Assembly: GCA_038214755.1 (NCBI GenBank) | Contig: JBBQRQ010000003.1 | Span: 1-64,000, forward strand | DNA length: 64,000 nucleotides | Direction of reading: 5' to 3' | DNA from: Verrucomicrobiota bacterium | GTDB lineage: Bacteria; Verrucomicrobiota; Verrucomicrobiia; Limisphaerales; CANJXF01 | Shown: in pieces, positions 23,557 to 33,405 of the stretch | Position numbering within the stretch: the first letter of the stretch is position 1 | How the letters are laid out: each line of letters starts with the position of its first letter | The notes under the pieces: generated by a model | The model's database searches: none | Told to the model about the DNA's origin: nothing | The model's input: only the letters and a program-made list of their open reading frames with translations | Program-made: the position numbers and the translations under genes

Positions 23557-23924
23557 GCCTGATAGCACGAATCTCTATTCAGGTTGTCGTCGTTGTTCTC
23601 GGCTTATTAACTGGATGTATGGCACAAAAAACACAACCCCAAGTGAGCGACCTGTTGGGAAGTTGGAAGACTGGCACGATCCGGACCGAGTGGGGACCAA
23701 TGGTTATGGAAGTCACCTTCCACAAGCCATCTGACATTGAGATCAAAATGACACCCACTGAGGGAGGGAAGAGTTTCGTCCAAAAAGGCAAATATCGGTT
23801 GAGTGGCAAGCAGTTAATCTCGGAAGCCATCAACAAAGGAGAGCCGGTCTCGATCTGGCTGGAAGACAATCAGCTTGTAATCCAAACTCCGTCCGAGCCG
23901 CCTCAGTGCTTCACCCGCCAATGA
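23553..23924 (+). CDS. Putative immunity lipoprotein for the Rhs toxin
   Basis: ATGA overlap with the toxin stop codon; lipobox LLTGC. Confidence 0.75.
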   Translation: MSLIARISIQVVVVVLGLLTGCMAQKTQPQVSDLLGSWKTGTIRTEWGPMVMEVTFHKPSDIEIKMTPTEGGKSFVQKGKYRLSGKQLISEAINKGEPVSIWLEDNQLVIQTPSEPPQCFTRQ

Positions 23925-23939
23925 AGAATTGACAAAGAT

Positions 23940-24401
23940 ATGCTCACACTACTTTTGACTTTAGGAACAATCGTTTTCTATTTCTCAGCGGAATTTTTAG
24001 TAAAACGGAGAACCTTTAGATGCATCTTACAAGTTGTTTTGATGTTTGCTCTCGCGATGATAACACTTAATGTTGGACGAGGAGTCGGCAGTGACCTCGC
24101 TCGGGATGATGTTGCTCGGGCAGTTCGAGAAGTAGCTGACGAGTTGTTGGAGATGTCTCGATCGAATACAGTTAGTCAATTGCAAGACAGCTTGAAAATC
24201 GTCAAAGTGGACCTGCCAAACGCTACTGGAGCGATGGCGCGCCCGTGGCCGGGCAGCAGTTCGAATACACCTTCGACTGGATTGGCAATCGACTCTCCAC
24301 CGCTGCGGGCGGCGATGAAAGTGGAGCAGGCCTCCGGCCTGCCTCTTATACGCCGAACTCTCTCAACCAATACACCCAACGCACTGTGCCAACCTGGGTA
24401 A
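23940..24401 (+). pseudogene. Membrane protein (orphan immunity-like), true C-terminus replaced at 24213 by Rhs core DNA read out of frame
   Basis: Two TM segments. From 24213 the DNA matches the Rhs core copy starting at 21785. Confidence 0.55.
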
Positions 24402-25954
24402 GCGTCCAAGGCGAAGCCAGCAGCAATGCCACGGTCACAGTCAACCTGCACCGCGAAGCCAGCAGCAACGTCACGGTCACGGTTGACGTCCAGCCCACCA
24501 AGCGCCACGGCGATTACTTTTGGACCGAACTATGGCTCAACAACAGCACCGGCGCGGTCTATCAGGCCATGACCAACGTCGCCGCGTTGCGCCGCACCAA
24601 TCTGCCGGACGTTGTCTCCTCCACAGTCGGCTCTCTGTTCCAGCCCAAGACACCGGAGCTATTCCAGCACGATGCCGATGGCAACCTAACTAACGATGGG
24701 CGCTGGACCCTGACTTGGGACGCAGAGAATCGTTTGGTTGCGATTGAAGGCAAGCCTAACATCCCGGATGGAGCGAAGAAAAAGGTTGATTGCACTTACG
24801 ATTACCGTTCGCGTCGAACGCAAAAGACCGTTTCGACTTGGAATGGTTCGGCTTATGTCGCGCAAAGCACGAACCGATTTCTGTACGACGGGTGGAATCT
24901 AGTCGCTGTCCTCAACGGAACCAATGGTTTACTCTATTCCTTCACTTGGGGTGCCGACTTGAACGGCAGCCTCCAAGGTGCTGGTGGCATTGGCGGGCTT
25001 ATCTCGATGACGGTCCAGAGCGGCACTCTCGCAGGAACCTACTTCTACTGCTACGATGGGAATGGGAATGTCGTGGCACTTGTTAATGCAGCCGACGGAA
25101 CGCTTGCCGCGCAATATGAATACGGCGCCTTCGGCGAACTCATCCGAGCCACCGGCCCGCTCGCCTTCCTCAATCCGTTTCGTTTCTCGACAAAATATCA
25201 GGATGATGAAACAGGCTTCCTCTATTACGGCTACCGCTATTACAACCCGACTACGGGCAGATGGTTGAGTCGCGACCCGTTGGGCGAAATTGGGTTTGAA
25301 CTGTTACGCGGAAGGCGGTCACAGGTTCTCAATACTGCTGGTAATCTTTACAATTTCGCCAAAAACCAGCCGGTGAATCTGTTCGATCCTTCCGGGTTAT
25401 ATGACCTTCAATTTGACTCGTTCAACGGTTTTACAGATCAGGACAAAAAAGATATCGCTAATAGCATCTCTCGTACTGGAGGATCGGCTACAAAGCTTCG
25501 GGATGAGGCAAAAACCTTGCTCGATAAACTGAAGCAATCTTCGTGTCCCTGTCCAAAATTGCAGGACGAGTTGAACAAGCTAATCAAGATCGCCAACAAG
25601 GTTATCAACGGAGTCAATTCCAAATCTGAGAATCTGGAAATTGAACAAGGAGAAATTTCCGGCGGCACGTATGCGCTGACTACGATCTCCCTTGTTCCCG
25701 GTTATGATCCAGTGCTCAGATTCAATAATAAAAGTCTAGATTGGCACAAAGCCCCGCAAAATAATTTGGGTCTTACAGTGCTGCATGAACTGACCCATCT
25801 CTATGGGACGGAGGACAATGATAGTGCAGGCCGTTTTATGAATGCCCACACCATCGAAATATTGGTCGAGGGGATTGAGAAGCATATTTACTACAAAGAC
25901 ATGCTTAGAGAGTGCCAGAAAGCTCAAAAGAAAGCGCAAGAACAGAAGAAATGA
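24213..25954 (+). CDS. Orphan Rhs C-terminal cassette with HExxH metallopeptidase-like toxin domain
   Basis: 24213-25288 is a 1076-bp diverged copy of 21785-22860. After the DPSG junction comes a different CT containing VLHELTHLYGTED. Confidence 0.88.
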
Positions 25955-26424
25955 AGCGAGCCGTGTGCATTTTGTGTGTCGGGCTTTTGTCTATCGCCGT
26001 GGCAACGATTGCTTTGGATTATTTTGGAGAGTGGCGGGTTTTTGGTTATGAAGATCAGGTGGACACAGGGTCAGGAAAAACACGTCACATCGAGTATATC
26101 CTTTTCCTTAAAAGATCGGTGACTGTCCAAACAAATACGATTGCCCAGCTTGCAGAATCTCTTCGAGCTAACACAGTTGAACATTGGGAAGTTGCTGTGA
26201 GGCGTCCAGCCCTCAGGAGAAAGGCTGAAGAACTAGGAGCCGCAAAGCTGTTAAATTCGGTCAATATTATGTCCGCGCTTTTACGAACGGCGCGTCTCGA
26301 CGACGATCAGCAGAAGGAACTGGTTTCGCAATTCCTGGAACTAATGGCGACGAAATCTCCAAAAGAAGTGGACCAATGGGTTGATGCTCAACAGGCCTTG
26401 TATATGCCAACGCCGACTCGTTGA
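25951..26424 (+). CDS. Putative immunity protein 1 of the orphan cassette
   Basis: ATGA overlap with the orphan CT stop; N-terminal TM; paralog of the next gene. Confidence 0.7.
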   Translation: MKRAVCILCVGLLSIAVATIALDYFGEWRVFGYEDQVDTGSGKTRHIEYILFLKRSVTVQTNTIAQLAESLRANTVEHWEVAVRRPALRRKAEELGAAKLLNSVNIMSALLRTARLDDDQQKELVSQFLELMATKSPKEVDQWVDAQQALYMPTPTR

Positions 26425-26433
26425 AGGGCGCAA

Positions 26434-26919
26434 ATGAACAAAATCTTGAAAGCAAAGGTCTGCGCTATACTTGCAGCAGGTATTGTTTTACTGATGTTTG
26501 TTGCTGATTTTTTCGGCGAACACAGGATATTTGGGTATGAGATGCAAGTGGATGTTGCCTCCGCTCGCACTCGGTATATTCGTTATTTTGTATTCATTCC
26601 GATTAAGGATCGAATCGAGATCAATGCTGTGGCCGTTGAAGCGCTTGCGTTACGGCCGAATATTCGAAGCGACTGGAGAGTCGCCGTTGAACGGCCTCTG
26701 CTCCGTAGGCGAAGCGAGAGAACACAGAATGCGAGGCTGCTCATTTCAATCAAGATTATCGCTGGAATATTGGAGCATTCAAAACTTTCTGTAGCCGACC
26801 GGAAACAACTGACACTGTCATTTTTAGACAAGCTTCAGAACAAAGAGCCGCGAGAGGTTGGTAAGTGGGTTGACTCCATGTGGGATCGGTATCAGTCCAC
26901 CTTTGGCTTAGATCGTTGA
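26434..26919 (+). CDS. Putative immunity protein 2 (paralog)
   Basis: Shares D.FGE.R.FGYE.QVD, W.VAV.RP.LRR and P.EV..WVD with 25951-26424. Confidence 0.7.
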   Translation: MNKILKAKVCAILAAGIVLLMFVADFFGEHRIFGYEMQVDVASARTRYIRYFVFIPIKDRIEINAVAVEALALRPNIRSDWRVAVERPLLRRRSERTQNARLLISIKIIAGILEHSKLSVADRKQLTLSFLDKLQNKEPREVGKWVDSMWDRYQSTFGLDR

Positions 26920-27166
26920 ATTCGGAACGGCAACTAGTTGGAAAGCCTAAACCCACTTTGAAAGTCAATACCGGCGCAGCTTCCCGTTACTGACCTGTTC
27001 TATCACCACGGAGAGGAGTTTTTCACTGGTCATTCCGAACGTCTCATCGTGGGGTGGCTAGCCTTCCCAATACTTTTGCTCTTGCCTGAATTCCGTTTTC
27101 GTTCCAAGTTTTCCTCTCGAAAAAAACGAATGTAACAATAACTAAAAAACAATCTGCGTCTTCAGC

Positions 27167-27303
27167 CGCTGTCCACGTCGAAACTTGGAAATTTCACGGA
27201 CTACAAGTGGCGCTCGAAGCACTCCCAAGTTGGGCGTGGTGAAAGCGTTCTTGTAGAGGCCTCCAAGTGCCTGACGTGGAGCGTGAGTAATCACGTCCTT
27301 TTT
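27167..27303 (+). ncRNA. Candidate structured RNA leader (long nested hairpin plus terminator-like stem)
   Basis: Paired segments 27172-79/27273-80, 27183-89/27262-68, 27201-07/27250-56, 27211-14/27244-47 and 27224-27/27231-34, then CGTGA-GTAA-TCACG and a T-run. Confidence 0.45.
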
Positions 27304-27339
27304 CGTTTCAGGCCGAGGTCAAGCCGCAAGAAAGCTGAT

Positions 27340-27612
27340 ATGAAAAAAGCACCCTCAAGTTCGCATGATACGAAAGTTCACATTACAAAACACATTGATT
27401 TAATGGATCAAGCGGCGGATTGCTGCGCGAATATTTCCACGCTCGGAAAATTACTTTCCGTCTCCGGCCACCAAATTTCCGAGGGTTGGGTAGAGGCTGA
27501 GATCATCGTTCAGGCCGGGCGGATGATAATGCTTGAAGCGGAGAAATTAAATGGTCTATTGCGGATGAGGACAGCAACTTTTCAAAAACGGAACCACCGG
27601 ATTAACGCTTGA
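27340..27612 (+). CDS. Hypothetical protein
   Basis: ATG at 27340; helical-looking 90-aa ORF with no recognised motif. Confidence 0.5.
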   Translation: MKKAPSSSHDTKVHITKHIDLMDQAADCCANISTLGKLLSVSGHQISEGWVEAEIIVQAGRMIMLEAEKLNGLLRMRTATFQKRNHRINA

Positions 27613-27671
27613 TGAAATCTGCTGACGGGTCAAAATGTATTCGCAGTTAGAATTCAAAAAAATTAACCCTA

Positions 27672-28229
27672 GTGAAAACTCTTGCTTCCAAAAAACTCTG
27701 GACCGATGACAAGTTGATGGCGCTCAAGCCCGCCGACCACAAACACGAACTTTGGTTTGGAAAAATTATTGCTATGCCTCCCGCCGGCGCTGAACACGGA
27801 GATGTTATCGCGCAACTTCTTATCGCGATCGGTGCCCACGTTTATGAACATAACCTCGGACGGATTTACGATGGCCAAACGGGCTTTCGCCTCAGCCTTG
27901 ACCTTTGTTTTTCTCCAGATATTTCTTTTGTGAGCAAGGCGCGTTTGAAATTAATTTTGCCCGACAAAGAAAAACTTTTTCACGGCGCGCCGGACTTGGC
28001 CGTAGAAGTTTTGTCGCCCTCGGATTCCATCACCAAGACCGAAGAAAAAATCAATCTGTATCTGACCCACGGCACGCAGCTTGCCTGGATGGTCGATATC
28101 AAACATCAGTCTGTGCGCGCCTATCGCAAGCCCGGCGAATTTGAGTTGCTGCGCCGCGGACGTTTTCTCAGCGGCAATTCCGTGCTGCCCGGTTTTCGCT
28201 TTGCCGTTTCCAAACTTTTCGGAGAGTAG
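27672..28229 (+). CDS. Uma2-family (DUF820) putative endonuclease
   Basis: PDISFVS, APDLAVEVLSPSD, K...Y...G...W.VD and LPGF motifs. Confidence 0.92.
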   Translation: MKTLASKKLWTDDKLMALKPADHKHELWFGKIIAMPPAGAEHGDVIAQLLIAIGAHVYEHNLGRIYDGQTGFRLSLDLCFSPDISFVSKARLKLILPDKEKLFHGAPDLAVEVLSPSDSITKTEEKINLYLTHGTQLAWMVDIKHQSVRAYRKPGEFELLRRGRFLSGNSVLPGFRFAVSKLFGE

Positions 28230-28329
28230 AGAGGCGCTTGACGGAAATTATTCGACAGACCAAACAACCTGAGGCCGGATGATTTTATTCGTCGAAAATC
28301 GAAATCAAAACGGCTAAATCATTTTCATC

Positions 28330-28728
28330 TTGATTGATTACATCTATGCAGCGATGCGACACGCCAAATACGAAGTGATGGAAGACAATCGTTTTTTCGC
28401 GAGCATTGCCGAATGTCCGGGCGCGTGGAGCGATGGTGACACCCTCCAACTATGCCGCGAAGAATTACAAAGCGTGTTGGAAGAGTGGGCTGTTTTCAGA
28501 GTGAGCCGGAGCCTGAACGTTTCCTCCGTGGAGGGAATCGGTCCGGCGCTCGTGCGCATTGGGCGGACTCCAGTTGCCGACGGCGAACATTTATTCATGC
28601 AAAAAGATGATCGAACTTTTCGTATTCCAAATCCAAACGGAAAAGACATTGAGTGGAGTTTGATGAAAAGAATTTTGCAGCAGGGAAATATCGACCCCCA
28701 ACAGTGGGAAGAAATTGAACAAAACTAA
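28330..28728 (+). CDS. HicB-HicA fusion protein
   Basis: N-terminal half is HicB-like (FFASIAECPGAWSDGDTL..CREELQSVLEEW). C-terminal half is HicA-like (GEHLFMQK....RIPNP.GKDI...L..RILQQG.I....W). Confidence 0.7.
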   Translation: MIDYIYAAMRHAKYEVMEDNRFFASIAECPGAWSDGDTLQLCREELQSVLEEWAVFRVSRSLNVSSVEGIGPALVRIGRTPVADGEHLFMQKDDRTFRIPNPNGKDIEWSLMKRILQQGNIDPQQWEEIEQN

Positions 28729-30213
28729 ATGGGCAAGCCCACAGGATTCATCGAATATTTGCGCGAGTTGCCGCTCGACCGCTCCGCCGTTGAACGCATC
28801 CGCGACTGGAACGAATTCCATTTTCACATGGAGGAAGGGAAGCTCCGCGAGCAAGGCGCGCGCTGCATGGATTGCGGGATTCCTTTTTGCCACACCGGAA
28901 CGTTGCTCAGCGGGATGGCGAGTGGTTGCCCGATCAATAATTTAATTCCCGAATGGAACGACCTTGTTTATCGCGGACTTTGGAAAGACGCGCTCGACCG
29001 CCTGCACAAGACGAATAATTTTCCTGAGTTCACCGGCCGTGTTTGTCCCGCGCCGTGCGAAGGCTCCTGCGTTCTCGGCATCAACAAACCGCCGGTCACA
29101 ATTAAAAATATTGAAAACGCCATCGCCGATCGCGGTTGGGATGAAGGCTGGATTACCGCCGAGCCGCCCAAAATTCGCACTGGAAAAAAAGTAGCCATCA
29201 TCGGTTCCGGGCCGGCTGGACTTTGCGCGGCGGCGCAACTCAACAAAGCCGGTCACACCGTCACTGTTTTCGAGCGGGCGGATCGCGTCGGTGGATTGCT
29301 CATGTATGGAATACCGAACATGAAGCTGGATAAAAAAGCGGTGGTGCAACGACGCATTGATCAGATGACAGAGGAAGGAATTTCGTTTCTCACCAACACC
29401 GAAGTTGGAACAAATTATCCTGCGGAAAAGTTGCTTCGCGAATTTGACGCCATCGTTCTTTGCACAGGGGCAACGAACGGACGCGATCTGCCAATCGAAG
29501 GGCGCGCGCTCAAAGGCATCCATTTCGCGATGGAGTTTCTGACGGCGAATACGAAGTCCCTTCTCGATAATCACAAGAACGGCGATTTTATTTCTGCGGC
29601 GGGCAAAGATGTCATCGTCATCGGCGGCGGCGACACGGGCACCGATTGCGTCGGAACTTCCATGCGCCACGATTGCAAGAGTTTGGTGCAACTGGAAATT
29701 TTGCCCAAGCCACCGATGGACCGCGCGAAGGACAATCCGTGGCCGGAGTGGCCGAAAGTTTACAAACTGGATTACGGTCAGGAGGAGGCGGCGGCGAAAT
29801 TCGGCGGCGACCCGCGCGTTTACCTGACAACTGCGAAAAAATTTGTCGGCGACGATCACGGTGACGTCAAAGAAATTCACACCGTCGAGATTCAATGGGA
29901 GAAAAATGACAAAGGCCAGTTCGTGCCGAAAGAAATAGCCGGCACAAAAAAAATTCTTCCCGCCCAACTCGTTTTGCTCGCGATGGGTTTTCTGGGGCCG
30001 GAACAAACGCTCCTCGGACAACTCGGCATCGAGCGCGATCCGCGTTCCAATGCAAAAGCGGAGTTCAATAAATACAACACGAACATCCCAAAAGTTTTTG
30101 CGGCGGGCGATTGTCGTCGCGGGCAAAGTCTGGTGGTCTGGGCTTTCAATGAAGGTCGCGGAGCAGCGCGCGAATGTGATCGTTATCTGATGGGGCAAAC
30201 CGATCTGCCGTAG
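28729..30213 (+). CDS. gltD: Glutamate synthase small subunit
   Basis: [38 protein letters not shown] and [13 protein letters not shown]. Confidence 0.99.
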   Translation: MGKPTGFIEYLRELPLDRSAVERIRDWNEFHFHMEEGKLREQGARCMDCGIPFCHTGTLLSGMASGCPINNLIPEWNDLVYRGLWKDALDRLHKTNNFPEFTGRVCPAPCEGSCVLGINKPPVTIKNIENAIADRGWDEGWITAEPPKIRTGKKVAIIGSGPAGLCAAAQLNKAGHTVTVFERADRVGGLLMYGIPNMKLDKKAVVQRRIDQMTEEGISFLTNTEVGTNYPAEKLLREFDAIVLCTGATNGRDLPIEGRALKGIHFAMEFLTANTKSLLDNHKNGDFISAAGKDVIVIGGGDTGTDCVGTSMRHDCKSLVQLEILPKPPMDRAKDNPWPEWPKVYKLDYGQEEAAAKFGGDPRVYLTTAKKFVGDDHGDVKEIHTVEIQWEKNDKGQFVPKEIAGTKKILPAQLVLLAMGFLGPEQTLLGQLGIERDPRSNAKAEFNKYNTNIPKVFAAGDCRRGQSLVVWAFNEGRGAARECDRYLMGQTDLP

Positions 30214-30260
30214 TCATAAGATTCAGTAGAGAAAGATTGCTCGCCCTCAAAATTTCTCGC

Positions 30261-30440
30261 CCTCACCCTAACCCTCTCCCCCAAGTAAGTTACCGCCCCT
30301 CCTGGATGGAACGCGCGCCCTGTCATTCCCGCCTTTCTGGTTATTCGCAAAGAAAAAGCGCATGCCGAGCCGGTGCATCAATGTTACCCCGATGCAGCGA
30401 ATAATTCCCCCTCTCCTCCGAGGGGAGGGCCGGGGTGAGG
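30261..30440. repeat. Palindromic repeat (CCTCACCC..CCCTCTCC / GGAGGG..GGGTGAGG family)
   Basis: Inverted arms at 30261-30282 and 30420-30440. Confidence 0.75.
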
Positions 30441-30495
30441 TCGAACGTTTCTTTTCACTGAATAGTTCCCGCTTAGAGTAACTCAATGTTCCCGA

Positions 30496-30620
30496 TTAAA
30501 CGCAGTGGAAGCGAAGGTTCACGCTGAGGTCGCAAGGCAAGCAGTGAAAAAGATTGGAGCGTCCAAGGAAGATTGTCGCCCCGCGTTCTTTGCGAAAACC
30601 TCTGCGGCCTTTGCGTTAAA
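30496..30620. repeat. Palindromic repeat (AACGCAGAGG family, diverged copy)
   Basis: Similar to 9988-10108. Confidence 0.65.
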
Positions 30621-30733
30621 AAACTGATGCTTCGGATACGCTATTCACAAGAAGCATCGAGTGACAGGATGCTTTAAGTTCGTGGCGACGGGTTTCCAAT
30701 CCCACCCGTGCATCTGTGCGCGTCAAATTTTTT

Positions 30734-31822
30734 TCATCCCATCCACTCAGGATGATGCGCCGTCCCATCGAAGTTCGTGTTCGTTTTGAAAAGCTCGAAC
30801 TTGCCGGTTTTCGCCGCGTCACTCGTGCGCGCCAGCAGCGCGAACGTCGCTTCTTCATTCATCGGCTTGAACGTGCGAACGGCTTCGAGCGCCTGTTCGA
30901 GATTCTCCATCGTCTCCATCCCGGTGATGACGACTGATGTCGGCAGATTGAGCGCGTAATGCAGACACTCGATTGGCTTGACCATCTGGCTTTTTAAGAT
31001 GAGGCCGCTGCCGAGCGGTTTCATTCCGAGCACGCCGATCTCGTCTTTGACGAGGCGAGGAAGGACTTCATGTTCGAAACTACGAAAGTGCGCGTCCATC
31101 ACATTCAAAGGCATCTGCACCGCATCGAAACGAAATTTGTGTTCCGCCGCAATTTGCAACATGCGCAAATGGATCGCCGGATCTTTGTGCCCAGTGAAAC
31201 CAATGAAACGAATTTTCCCCGCCTTCTTCGCCTCCAAAAAAACCTTCAACGCTCCGTTCTCCGCGAAAAATCGATCCGGGTCTTCCATGCGAATGACCTC
31301 ATGAAACTGCATCAGATCAATGTGGTCAGTCTGCAAACGTTTCAATGACTCATCGATTTGTTTGGCCGCAGCGGCTTTGTTGCGTCCATCGATTTTCGTC
31401 ATCAAAAAAACTTTGTCACGATAGCCATCGCGCAACGCTTTGCCCATCCGCACCTCGCTCGCGCCCTCGTTGTAATCCCAGCAGTTGTCCATGAAAGTTA
31501 TCCCGCGATCAATCGCGCTGCGCATGATCTTGATGCTATCCTGCTCGTCTTTCTGTTTGCCGATGTGAAAACCGCCGAGGCCGATGGCGGAAACTTTTTC
31601 TCCAGTGCGACCGAGCGCGCGATAGGTCATTCCATTTTTATTTTCCTCCGCCAACAGGCGCGGCGCAGTGGCGGCGATGACTCCGCTGGCCAGAGTCATT
31701 TTAACAAACCTTCGCCGAGTCAGCGAAGCGGCGGCAACGGTTGATCTTTCCACGTTCCTGTTATTTTCGGGATCAAGTGGTTCGCGCATAAAAGTCCTTT
31801 CCCCACGAGCATCATGGCTCAA
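30734..31822 (-). CDS. Aldo/keto reductase with Tat signal peptide
   Basis: TRRRFVK twin-arginine motif; YRALGRTGEKVSAIGLG, DNCWDY and SLKRLQTDHIDL. Exact start uncertain. Confidence 0.92.
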   Translation of the reverse strand: MSHDARGERTFMREPLDPENNRNVERSTVAAASLTRRRFVKMTLASGVIAATAPRLLAEENKNGMTYRALGRTGEKVSAIGLGGFHIGKQKDEQDSIKIMRSAIDRGITFMDNCWDYNEGASEVRMGKALRDGYRDKVFLMTKIDGRNKAAAAKQIDESLKRLQTDHIDLMQFHEVIRMEDPDRFFAENGALKVFLEAKKAGKIRFIGFTGHKDPAIHLRMLQIAAEHKFRFDAVQMPLNVMDAHFRSFEHEVLPRLVKDEIGVLGMKPLGSGLILKSQMVKPIECLHYALNLPTSVVITGMETMENLEQALEAVRTFKPMNEEATFALLARTSDAAKTGKFELFKTNTNFDGTAHHPEWMG

Positions 31823-31885
31823 TCGCTTTGGTTCAATCGCATACCTTTAGTCTTTACGCGGATAGTTTTCTCAGTAGCAAGCTGA

Positions 31886-32020
31886 CGTGGAGGTTGAGAG
31901 TTGAGAGTCAGAGCGTACTTCCCACTCAACACTCAACTTTCAACACTCAACTAAATTAGTGGAAGGTTGAGGGTTGAGAAGGTAAAACCAGTCCCGTCAC
32001 TCAACTCTCAACTATCAACC
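31886..32020. repeat. Inverted pairs of heptamer microsatellite (GTTGAGA)n/(CTCAACT)n
   Basis: Two inverted pairs immediately upstream of the four-helix-bundle gene. Confidence 0.85.
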
Positions 32021-32030
32021 CTTCCCCATC

Positions 32031-32275
32031 ATGTTCAACTTTGAAAACCTTGAAACCTGGCACGAAGCCATCTCCTTCGCCGACCTGGTTTATATACTCA
32101 CGCGCCGTTTTCCCGACGAGGAACGATTCGCCTTACCCATCAGATGCGGCGCGCTGCGGTCTCCATCTCATCGAACATCGCCGAAGGTTGCTCCCGATCT
32201 GCCCGCATGGATTACGCGCTTCGTGGAAATTGCGACCGGCAGTGTTTTTGAAGTCGTTTCCCAAGCTACCATCGT
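32031..32275 (+). pseudogene. Four-helix-bundle protein (23S rRNA IVS-protein/Avd-like), frameshifted and truncated
   Basis: MFNFENLETW..FPDEERF, then in a shifted frame QMRRAAVSISSNIAEG, then back in frame FVEIATGSVFEV. The last helix is missing. Confidence 0.85.
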
Positions 32276-32344
32276 GAAGTTCCCCCGAAACGGTGGACAA
32301 GGGGCATTGAATCTATTCTCCATGGTTCTCCAAAGTAGCGGTTT

Positions 32345-33337
32345 TTACGGCACCGGCAATTCGTTAAAAATTTTCTGCACGATCGTCTCGCTCGTTTTTT
32401 CTTCTGCTTCGGCTTCGTAGGTGATGGCGACCCGGTGGCGCAGGACATCCATGCCGATGCTTTTTACGTCTTGCGGGGTGACGTAGCCGCGTCCGCGTAG
32501 AAACGCAAAAGCTTTCGCCGCGAGCGTGAGGGCAATCGTCGCGCGCGGCGATGCGCCGAGTTGAATCATGCCTTGCAATCCTCGAAGTTTGTAAGTGTCC
32601 GGCTCGCGCGTCGCGCAGACGACATCGACGATGTAATCCTTCACTTTGTCGTCGATGTAGATGTCGTTGACTACGCGTCGCGCGTCGAAAATTTCGTTCG
32701 CGGTGACGACGGGTTGTGCGCTCGGTGGCGGACCGGTGCGCGCCATCAAATCCAAAACCTGCCGTTCTTCCGCGCGCGATGGATAAACAATTTTCAATTT
32801 CAACATGAAGCGATCCACCTGCGCTTCGGGCAGCGGATAAGTTCCTTCCTGCTCAATTGGATTTTGCGTGGCGAGAACGAGAAACGGTTCTTCCAATTTA
32901 AAAGTTTGATCGCCGATGGTGACCTGCTTTTCCTGCATTGCTTCAAGCAACGCGCTTTGCACTTTGGCCGGCGCACGATTGATTTCGTCCGCGAGAACGA
33001 GGTTCGCGAAAATCGGGCCTTTGCGCGTGGTGAAGCCGCCGCTTTGCGGATTGTAAATTTGCGTTCCAATTAAATCGGCGGGCAAAAGGTCGGGCGTGAA
33101 TTGCAAGCGGGCGAATTTCACGCTGAGACATTGCGCCAGCGTTTTGACGGAAAGCGTCTTGGCGAGACCAGGAACGCCTTCAAGCAAAACGTGGCCGTTG
33201 GCGAGCAGGCCGATGATGAGCCGCTCGACCAGATAAGTTTGGCCGACGATGACATGGCTCATTTCGTTCATGAGCGGGCGCACGAACGCGCTGGCGCGTT
33301 GGACTTCTTCGTTTATCGCAGTGATGCCTGTATTCAT
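32345..33337 (-). CDS. MoxR-family AAA+ ATPase
   Basis: GHVLLEGVPGLAKT, QFTPDLLPAD, LADEINRAPAKVQSALLE and ATQNPIEQEGTYPLPEAQ.DRF. Confidence 0.96.
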   Translation of the reverse strand: MNTGITAINEEVQRASAFVRPLMNEMSHVIVGQTYLVERLIIGLLANGHVLLEGVPGLAKTLSVKTLAQCLSVKFARLQFTPDLLPADLIGTQIYNPQSGGFTTRKGPIFANLVLADEINRAPAKVQSALLEAMQEKQVTIGDQTFKLEEPFLVLATQNPIEQEGTYPLPEAQVDRFMLKLKIVYPSRAEERQVLDLMARTGPPPSAQPVVTANEIFDARRVVNDIYIDDKVKDYIVDVVCATREPDTYKLRGLQGMIQLGASPRATIALTLAAKAFAFLRGRGYVTPQDVKSIGMDVLRHRVAITYEAEAEEKTSETIVQKIFNELPVP

Positions 33338-33405
33338 AAATTGATTTGCAAACTTGTATCGCCAAATGGACAGCAAAAGCAAAAAAACTGTTCAGAGAAT
33401 TTTTT

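Larger units (their letters stand above)
15989..28728. mobile_element. 12.7-kb accessory island between gltB and gltD (Rhs toxin locus, Uma2, HicB-HicA fusion)
   Basis: Separates the normally adjacent gltB and gltD and contains only accessory genes. No integrase visible. Confidence 0.7.

Noticed and set aside
16452..26919. Type VI secretion effector locus
   Set aside because: No VgrG, PAAR, Hcp or EagR-like genes, and the Rhs has a Sec-type signal peptide.
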